DNA from: Bdellovibrio sp. ZAP7
Lineage (GTDB): Bacteria > Bdellovibrionota > FAC87 > UBA2466
Length of the DNA: 64,000 nt
Assembly (NCBI GenBank): GCA_945878405.1
Contig: CAMCTJ010000005.1
Span: forward strand, 22,350 to 86,349
Reading direction: 5' to 3'
The notes beneath the pieces are model-generated. The model saw only the letters and a program-made list of their open reading frames with translations. It ran no database searches and had not been told where the DNA came from. The translations under genes and the position numbers were made by a program. Within the stretch, counting starts at the first letter, position 1. Each line of letters begins with the position of its first letter. Of this stretch, positions 57,674 through 64,000 are shown piece by piece.

Positions 57674-58573
57674 TTGATTTCTATCGTCATTCCCTGTTTT
57701 CGTGCAGAAAAGTTCCTGGCTCAAACATTGGAGACAGTGGAAGAGCAAACCTATCAGGATTGGGAACTGATTGTTGTGGAGGATGGTTCCCAGGATTCGA
57801 CGGAATCCATCGTCGACAAGTTTCGGTTAAAGAATCCTCAACATCGAATCCATTATTCTCGACTTGAAAAAACTCAAGGCCCTTCAGCCGCGCGAAATGC
57901 AGGAATAAAAAATTCAAAGGGAGCTTGGGTAGCCTTTTTAGACAGTGATGATCTCTGGTGTCCTACCCATTTAGAAACTCTTTTACTGGAAGCTAAAAAG
58001 AGACAAGCTGATTTGTGTTTTTGTTCGGTAGATTTTTTTGATTCGGAGAGTGGTTCGCTCTTAGGAGTTTGGGGACCCACCGAGGATGATCTGACTCAGT
58101 TCCCTGAGACGCTGTTTTTACGAAACTATATTTCGCCTTCAGGAGTGCTGGTAAACAAAGCGGTTCTTGAAGAAACTGTTTTCGATGAATCGGCAGAAGT
58201 GCAATCCTGCGAAGACCATGAGTTGTGGATGAGATTGGTTCGGCAAGGAATTTCGTTTGCTTGGGTTTCCGATCTTAAAGTGAAGTACCGTAAAAATCAT
58301 TCAGGAGCGGCTACTTCTAATCGGGAAAAAATGTTTCGCGCCGATCTGGCAGTCATGTACCGACATTTGGGAAACCCTGCATTTGGTTTTGCAACGAAAT
58401 GCACAGGGATCTCTCAAAACTACGCTTATTTGGCTGAAGCCTTACTTGAAAAAAGACAATGGAAAGCCCTCAGCTTCTATTTGAGAAGTTGGTGTTTCAA
58501 TCCCTGGAGACTAAGACAACTGCGGCGTTTGATTAAGGCTTTGGGGACTCTAACCCTTAGGTTAGCTGATTAG
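57674..58573 (+). CDS. glycosyltransferase family 2
   Basis: ISIVIPCFRAE...EDGSQD...DSDD motifs (DxD). Confidence 0.75.
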   Translation: MISIVIPCFRAEKFLAQTLETVEEQTYQDWELIVVEDGSQDSTESIVDKFRLKNPQHRIHYSRLEKTQGPSAARNAGIKNSKGAWVAFLDSDDLWCPTHLETLLLEAKKRQADLCFCSVDFFDSESGSLLGVWGPTEDDLTQFPETLFLRNYISPSGVLVNKAVLEETVFDESAEVQSCEDHELWMRLVRQGISFAWVSDLKVKYRKNHSGAATSNREKMFRADLAVMYRHLGNPAFGFATKCTGISQNYAYLAEALLEKRQWKALSFYLRSWCFNPWRLRQLRRLIKALGTLTLRLAD

Positions 58574-58952
58574 TGGTCCCGCCACTTTGTAGAATAATTT
58601 CTTCTCTACGTTCTTCTGCTTCCATCTCGGCTTTGCAATTAATGCAGAGAGAGGTTACAGGGCGAGCCATCAATCTTTTTACGGAAATATCATCCCCGCA
58701 AGATTCACAAACTCCGTAAGTTCCCTCTTCCATTTTCTTAAGGGCTTCGTAGACCTTACTGATGAGCTTGCGTTCTCGGTCCTTAATTCGAAGTTCAAAG
58801 CTTCTTTCGCTTTCTAAAGAAGCCTGATCGTTGATATCAGGTAAAGGCGAATTAGAACTGAATGAAGCAACTTCCTTGTTAACGTCAGTTTGAAGTTCTT
58901 TTAATTGACTCAAAAGAACCTTTTTCAGCTTTTCTTTATCTGTTTTATTCAT
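58557..58952 (-). CDS. DksA/TraR-family C4 zinc-finger protein
   Basis: CESCGDDISVKRLMARPVTSLCINCK. Coiled-coil N-terminus. Start MNKTDKE preceded by GGGGGATGGAAAG (track start 59003). Confidence 0.6.
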   Translation of the reverse strand: MNKTDKEKLKKVLLSQLKELQTDVNKEVASFSSNSPLPDINDQASLESERSFELRIKDRERKLISKVYEALKKMEEGTYGVCESCGDDISVKRLMARPVTSLCINCKAEMEAEERREEIILQSGGTTNQLT

Positions 58953-59226
58953 ATTCTTTCCATCCCCCCCGGGATTTTCCCGAACAATCAGGATTAAACA
59001 CAACCCAGGGAAAAGTCAAACCCTCACCGGATCCGACCTAAACAATTGAAAACACAAAAAAAACCCTAATTTTCTTTAAACCGTCTTTTCAGCATCGGGG
59101 CAGTTCCTCCTTAACAGATATGTGCTTCGGGGCCACATATTAGGGGGAGGAGGCAAGTTAAGTAAGAACTGCCTCGATACTTTCTACGTACAACATACGG
59201 TCCACAAAAACCGTTTAAAGTGACAC

Positions 59227-60033
59227 CTACCGGTGCCGTCTTAACCCCCTTGGTATTTGATACTGATTCGAGGGTAAACTTCCAGATCCAATAGAGGGGA
59301 TATAGGTAGGAAGGGGAACTAAGTCAGGCACTGTTCCACCAGCGCTTCCAGACCCACCAGAACCTCCAGGAAATGTATTCTCAAAAGTGTTCACTCCAGA
59401 CTGGGGACACATCACAGTGATATTGTCGCACCCTCCGTAAGGAAGAGAGGGGGTAGTCGGAAAAGGAATCGAGTTGTCATAAGGATAGGTCACTGGAGGA
59501 ATCGAAGGAACGGTGGGAATAGTCGGACCCGTTGGAATGTAGGGCGCAATGGGAGAATAGGGGCTGCCTGGAATAAAAGGATAATTCGGATAAACAGAAG
59601 GGGTCGTAGGATAAGAGCCTAGGACCGGGTTACTTAATTGGTTCAACAAAACGTTTTGATAGCTGATGAGTTGAAACAATTGTGAATCGATAGAGGGAGT
59701 CATGGGAAGAGTCCCATAGCCACCAAATCCCAATGTGTCATAACCAGAACCGCAACTTTGAGTGAAACTTCCGCAACCGCCAGAGCCCGTAAAGCTTGAG
59801 AGATATCCCGATGGGTTACTGAGGTAAACGGGAACAACCATTGGGCTAGCGACCTGCGTGGGCATTGCACAAGTAGCGACCGAGTTTAGATTTTGCCCAA
59901 GGACATAAAGATTGTAGCCCCCCGTATTATAAAGGCCGCAGCTACCGCAAGATTCTGCAAGTGCTTTTTCAGGGGCAATGAAAAACAAGCTTGTGAGAAT
60001 GCTTGTTCCAATGATTTTCTTAATCCAGCTCAT
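59227..60033 (-). CDS. secreted P/Y/G/S-rich low-complexity protein
   Basis: Signal peptide ...ALAES. Proline-tyrosine-rich repeats. 6 Cys. Confidence 0.4.
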   Translation of the reverse strand: MSWIKKIIGTSILTSLFFIAPEKALAESCGSCGLYNTGGYNLYVLGQNLNSVATCAMPTQVASPMVVPVYLSNPSGYLSSFTGSGGCGSFTQSCGSGYDTLGFGGYGTLPMTPSIDSQLFQLISYQNVLLNQLSNPVLGSYPTTPSVYPNYPFIPGSPYSPIAPYIPTGPTIPTVPSIPPVTYPYDNSIPFPTTPSLPYGGCDNITVMCPQSGVNTFENTFPGGSGGSGSAGGTVPDLVPLPTYIPSIGSGSLPSNQYQIPRGLRRHR

Positions 60034-60295
60034 TCTATGCCTCAAAAATAAATTCGCAAACGTACAGAAGAGTTGGACCCTGAAGGAGCAAGCGGTGTGC
60101 CATGCCTTTTGTGCTTAGCGCTAGAGAGTTCATGACGAATAGTCTTTTCAAAAAAAAAGTACGCTTTGAGTCTACGGGCCGAGCTCTTTATTTATCGATA
60201 GATAGCTTGTAAACTTATTAAACAGGGCATTCGACAAAACTTGTTTTTCCTACCGTGTTCTTTCTGTGCCCGGTCCTCATAAAGGGAGGTTTTCA

Positions 60296-61111
60296 GTGAA
60301 ATTTAGATTACTGGTTTGTGTTACTTCTCTTCTCATTTCTTCGTGGGGATGGACGTATTCCGACTTTGTGCCCCTCAAAGAGCGCGCACAAGGACATTCT
60401 TTAACTGGCGCACTTCAGGGAAATGAGAGTGTCTATTCTAATCCGGCAGGCACTTTGTTTACTGAGGCTTATACAGTTGACGGTACGTTTGCATTTCCAA
60501 AATCTTTTTCTGCTTCCATTGTAGATACTCGAACTAACTCAATTGGTGGAGGAATCGGATATTTCAAAGAACAGGGAGGGGATTCCTCCGTGATGACACA
60601 GGGACTTCGTCTGACCTTAGGTTCTCGCATAAATCAAAATTTAGCTGTGGGAATTGCGGGCAAAGCAGTTTGGGGAGTTCGTTCTGGGAATGAAATGAAT
60701 TTCAAAGATGCGGATGCTGGTTTTTTGTGGAACGCTGATTTTGCTTCTGTGGGCATGGTCATCAGAAACCTGGGAGGCGGAAGTTCTGATTTCAAACAGG
60801 AGCGCGAAACTTCTTTAGGGGCAAGAGTGGGATATTCCCAAGCTGTCTACATTTCTGGTTCTGCTCATTCGAAATTTGGAAAAGTTTCTCCTTACGAATA
60901 TGGCTTTGGATTTGAATATATTTCTCCTTGGCATTTTTCTCTGATGGGCGGATACCGCTTTCAAGTGGGGCAAGCCGTTCAGAATCCCTCTTACTGGAGC
61001 ACTGGGATCAGTTTCTTGAGTCCGCGTCTTTCAGCTCATTATGCAGTTGAATTTCCTCAACTCGCTAGCGAGGAAGCAAGCCACTTACTTGGGCTCAGCA
61101 TGGCTTTCTAA
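60296..61111 (+). CDS. outer-membrane beta-barrel protein (hypothetical)
   Basis: GTG start with signal peptide. Alternating aromatic pattern. Ends ...LSMAF. Confidence 0.4.
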   Translation: MKFRLLVCVTSLLISSWGWTYSDFVPLKERAQGHSLTGALQGNESVYSNPAGTLFTEAYTVDGTFAFPKSFSASIVDTRTNSIGGGIGYFKEQGGDSSVMTQGLRLTLGSRINQNLAVGIAGKAVWGVRSGNEMNFKDADAGFLWNADFASVGMVIRNLGGGSSDFKQERETSLGARVGYSQAVYISGSAHSKFGKVSPYEYGFGFEYISPWHFSLMGGYRFQVGQAVQNPSYWSTGISFLSPRLSAHYAVEFPQLASEEASHLLGLSMAF

Positions 61112-61125
61112 AAATCTCATAAACT

Positions 61126-61935
61126 GTGAAAAAATTTCTCTTAATATTTCTTTGCTGCGCTTTCTCTGCGCCCGCTTCCAGTTCGAATAGTCGGTTGGGG
61201 CTTGAACTTTTACCTAAAGGACGTCCTTTTCGGCTGACGTTTGCGGATCCCAGAGAAATCCGAATGGGAATCAACTTTCAGGGGAACTCGGTAATCAATG
61301 CAACTGTCGGAAATTATTTTTCCATTTTAGGAATTGAACCAGCTGAATCAAACCCAGAAGAACCAAAAGAAGTTTTTCATCTTGGGCTTGAGGGAGCTGG
61401 GTATTTCACGATGCGACAAGCCGATAAAAGATTTCCCTTAGAAACAGCCGATGGGCTCATTGGAGCTTACTTCGAAGGGGCTTACGGAGATTGGCAAGCC
61501 CAACTACGCATGACACATATTTCCGCCCACTTGGCTGATGGGAGCTCGGGGACTCCGATTGCTTATAGTCGAGAGTTTCTCGCTTTAAGATTGGGGTATA
61601 TTCCCTATCAAGAACTCCAGATCTTTGGCGGTATTCACTATTTAGTGAATACCATTCCGCAGTTGCGACCGTGGACTCTTCAATTGGGAAGTTCCTATTT
61701 TATTCCCTTAAATTTCTCTTTGGTCCCGTTCGCTGGATTTGATTTGAAATGGAAACAGGAAAGTCCGACGAATCCGTCATTCCAGATGATGTTGGGGCTG
61801 GCGCTTAATAACCCACCCAAATCCTATCAGTCATTTCGATTCTATTATGCCTATTACACTGGGACAGACGCGCGTGGACAATTTTACAATCAAGTCGTTA
61901 CCACGCACACCGTGGGAATCGATATGCAGATTTAG
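61126..61935 (+). CDS. secreted/outer-membrane hypothetical protein
   Basis: Signal peptide MKKFLLIFLCCAFSAPASS. Ends VGIDMQI. Confidence 0.4.
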   Translation: MKKFLLIFLCCAFSAPASSSNSRLGLELLPKGRPFRLTFADPREIRMGINFQGNSVINATVGNYFSILGIEPAESNPEEPKEVFHLGLEGAGYFTMRQADKRFPLETADGLIGAYFEGAYGDWQAQLRMTHISAHLADGSSGTPIAYSREFLALRLGYIPYQELQIFGGIHYLVNTIPQLRPWTLQLGSSYFIPLNFSLVPFAGFDLKWKQESPTNPSFQMMLGLALNNPPKSYQSFRFYYAYYTGTDARGQFYNQVVTTHTVGIDMQI

Positions 61936-62017
61936 GCGTTACTGGTATAATTTAAGTATCCTTTAAACTTATCATTCTATCTCTTTATATTCTCTTTTCA
62001 TTCCCGGGGGGAAATTC

Positions 62018-62872
62018 ATGGATCGGTTTTTCTTGAAAATTATTTTTGTGTCTTTTTCCGTCTTGTTCCTGAGTGGTTGTGGAGTTGTTCTCTATCCGGG
62101 ACAGCCGGGAATGGTTGCTAGTTCCTTTGTAAAATTAGATCTCGAGATTTTAGAGGAACCAGGGCTTTATGTTTATGAAGCTGTCTATGACAACACGTCA
62201 TCAGGACAAGGTGTTTCAGCCGTAATCACAAAACTGTATCCCAAAGCCCAAACCTACACTACGAATGTGAGAACCAATGCTGACGGGACATTATTCCGGG
62301 TTAAAGCCCAATACAATGGGGCTGAAATTCAGATGGTTTCCATGCCTCAACAAAATCAGGTCTATTTAAATCCCAGCCATCAAATTGCTTTCCTCATCGA
62401 CTACGAAAACTCAATCGACGAAATTGATGACAAAAATATTGCTGAAGAAAATCTTTTTAAGCCGTCGATGATTGATAGCTTAAGACCGCAGAGTTTTGAG
62501 ACGAAACGAATGAAATGGCAATTAATCAAAGCTGCTCGATTTCTTCCCAATGGGAATCTGGGTTACGAGGTTACTGCGCTTCAATTGGGGCAGTTCAAGT
62601 TTGTTCCCTCGCAATCCATCAATCTTGAAACATCCCTGGCTCAAAATGCAATTAAGACGACTTTAACTCAAGAGATGAAGCAGGAGTTCTCCCAGTTCCT
62701 AGAGGCTAATTTCCCAAAAGGATATCGAGGAAAAGTAGATTTCTATGTTAAGGACTCTGTGACTCCCATCTCCTTTAATTTAGGGGTGAATACTTTGAAG
62801 ACCGCCGAAGCCAGTGGTCTCAAAGTGATCAAAGGAATTCCTGATGGTCTTTTAAGAAAGGTCCTCCAATGA
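62018..62872 (+). CDS. hypothetical lipoprotein
   Basis: Lipobox LFLSGCG. Its stop overlaps the protease start (ATGA). Confidence 0.45.
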   Translation: MDRFFLKIIFVSFSVLFLSGCGVVLYPGQPGMVASSFVKLDLEILEEPGLYVYEAVYDNTSSGQGVSAVITKLYPKAQTYTTNVRTNADGTLFRVKAQYNGAEIQMVSMPQQNQVYLNPSHQIAFLIDYENSIDEIDDKNIAEENLFKPSMIDSLRPQSFETKRMKWQLIKAARFLPNGNLGYEVTALQLGQFKFVPSQSINLETSLAQNAIKTTLTQEMKQEFSQFLEANFPKGYRGKVDFYVKDSVTPISFNLGVNTLKTAEASGLKVIKGIPDGLLRKVLQ

Positions 62873-64000
62873 AAATTACCATCTCAACCCTAGTTACTTT
62901 TCTCAGTCTTTCAGCCTTTTCTGATCAGTATGTGGTTCTCTTTAAACAGGCGGAGATTGCCGTGGGGAGTTTAGAGCATGGTGCGTACACCCAAGCGTTG
63001 CAAGAATCGAATCAAAAAAGCATCACTGATCTAGAAAAGTGGATCACGCGAAACCAAATCAGAACTGAAAATAAGATCAAGAATTTGTGGTTAGTTCGAG
63101 GGGCCACACTGAGCGTGAGCCCACAAGCCGCAAATAAATTAAAAAAAGAGCCCTGGGTACATGGTGTGTATCTCGATAAGACCCGAACCATGCTACCCCC
63201 TAAACCAAATTCGTCGGCAGGTTCCTCACTCGCTGAATTTGGAGATGAAGCAACTTGGGGTCTTGAAAAAATGGGACTGCTCCAGATTAGAGAGGAGTTT
63301 CCCTTTATTGATGGAACGGGGATTTCTGTTGGGGTTTTGGATACGGGAGTTCAAAGCAAGCATCCCGAGTTGTCGGGAAAAGTCACCCACTTTAGAGATT
63401 TTATTAATTCCCTTTCAAATGAGTATGATGATCACGGACATGGAACACATGTGGCGGGAACGATCTCCGGAAACGAAGTGGGTTTAGCCCCTAAGGCAAA
63501 AATACTCATGGCAAAAATATTTGGCGCAGCCGGGGGAGGAAAAGACTCAGCCATTCTCGAAGCCATGCAGTGGCAGTTCGATCCAGATGGAGATCCGACA
63601 ACTGCTGATTACCCCCGTGTGATTAATAATTCTTGGGGAGCTGATATTGAAGAGGGAATCCACGATATTGAAGAGTTTTTGCCCTATCATCTTGCGATTC
63701 AGACTTGGATTAATGGTGGGATCGTTCCCGTTTTTGCTGCGGGTAACTCGGGGAAAAGTCCCAATGGAATGCCGGGAGGATTGCCCGATGTCATTTCAGT
63801 AGGAGCTATAAACGCCAATTCGGAAGTGGCGGAATTTTCGAGCATGGGTCCCAACCTGTGGAAAATTGGGCAAACGATTATTACCTTAATGAAGCCTGAT
63901 GTTTCAGCTCCTGGTGTAGCCATCGCTTCTTCTTTACCAGGAAATAAATATGCTCAGTGGGATGGTACCTCCATGGCCACTCCCCATGTGAGCGGTGCCA
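62869..64000 (+). CDS. subtilisin-like serine protease (S8), 3'-truncated at window edge; not in ORF track
   Basis: Manual translation from ATG 62869: signal peptide, I9-like propeptide, catalytic triad VLDTGV / HGTHVAGTI / GTSMATPHVSGA. No stop before the window end. Confidence 0.85.
   Translation, partial: MKITISTLVTFLSLSAFSDQYVVLFKQAEIAVGSLEHGAYTQALQESNQKSITDLEKWITRNQIRTENKIKNLWLVRGATLSVSPQAANKLKKEPWVHGVYLDKTRTMLPPKPNSSAGSSLAEFGDEATWGLEKMGLLQIREEFPFIDGTGISVGVLDTGVQSKHPELSGKVTHFRDFINSLSNEYDDHGHGTHVAGTISGNEVGLAPKAKILMAKIFGAAGGGKDSAILEAMQWQFDPDGDPTTADYPRVINNSWGADIEEGIHDIEEFLPYHLAIQTWINGGIVPVFAAGNSGKSPNGMPGGLPDVISVGAINANSEVAEFSSMGPNLWKIGQTIITLMKPDVSAPGVAIASSLPGNKYAQWDGTSMATPHVSGA

Noticed and set aside
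63161-63487. 108-aa ORF and 63699..63923 minus ORF near window end
   Set aside because: Both lie inside the subtilisin reading frame (62869..64000), which has unmistakable catalytic motifs. They are alternative-frame artefacts.
1-64000. Searched intergenic regions for tRNA-like T-arm motifs, rRNA and CRISPR direct-repeat arrays
   Set aside because: None seen. All gaps are under 260 bp and lack regularly spaced repeats. Absence is by eye and not exhaustive.

Overview
64 kb chromosomal window with about 60 protein-coding genes and no rRNA, tRNA or CRISPR array that I could recognise. Both strands are densely coded, with many 4-bp ATGA start/stop overlaps. The gene content points to a Gram-negative, flagellated, type-IV-piliated bacterium. 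It has a short flagellin of about 276 aa behind a textbook sigma-28 promoter, the lptA-lptB-rpoN-hpf cluster and lptE-holA, and many secreted, outer-membrane or lipoprotein ORFs including a subtilisin. This gives it a Bdellovibrio-like flavour, which is inference only. Recognisable housekeeping blocks are trmB and tdk; a class II ribonucleotide reductase; a truncated dcw cluster rsmH-ftsL-ftsI; fliC, then fliD-fliS further along; a complete pstSCAB-phoU-phoBR operon; a thiolase; and several glycosyltransferases. The stretch I would flag first is 12.7-19.1 kb. A membrane protein, a stand-alone ketosynthase carrying a truncated, Cys-less KS-like half domain, and a 1111-aa AT-ACP-KR-DH protein are translationally coupled there. 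This is a compact PfaA-like (PUFA/glycolipid-synthase-like) type I module with no enoyl reductase, thioesterase or phosphopantetheinyl transferase in the window. It sits between flagellar and pilus genes. Other things worth a second look: a minor-pilin cluster with an unusually large, Cys-rich PilW-like protein and an extended PilX-like protein; FtsI with a C-terminal PASTA domain; a ceramide-glucosyltransferase-like GT21 gene start-overlapped with a GH1 beta-glucosidase; two type II toxin-antitoxin pairs (MazEF-like, HigBA-like); several perfect palindromes in promoter regions; and one structured intergenic element. All assignments rest on motif reading of the translated ORFs; no database search could be run.
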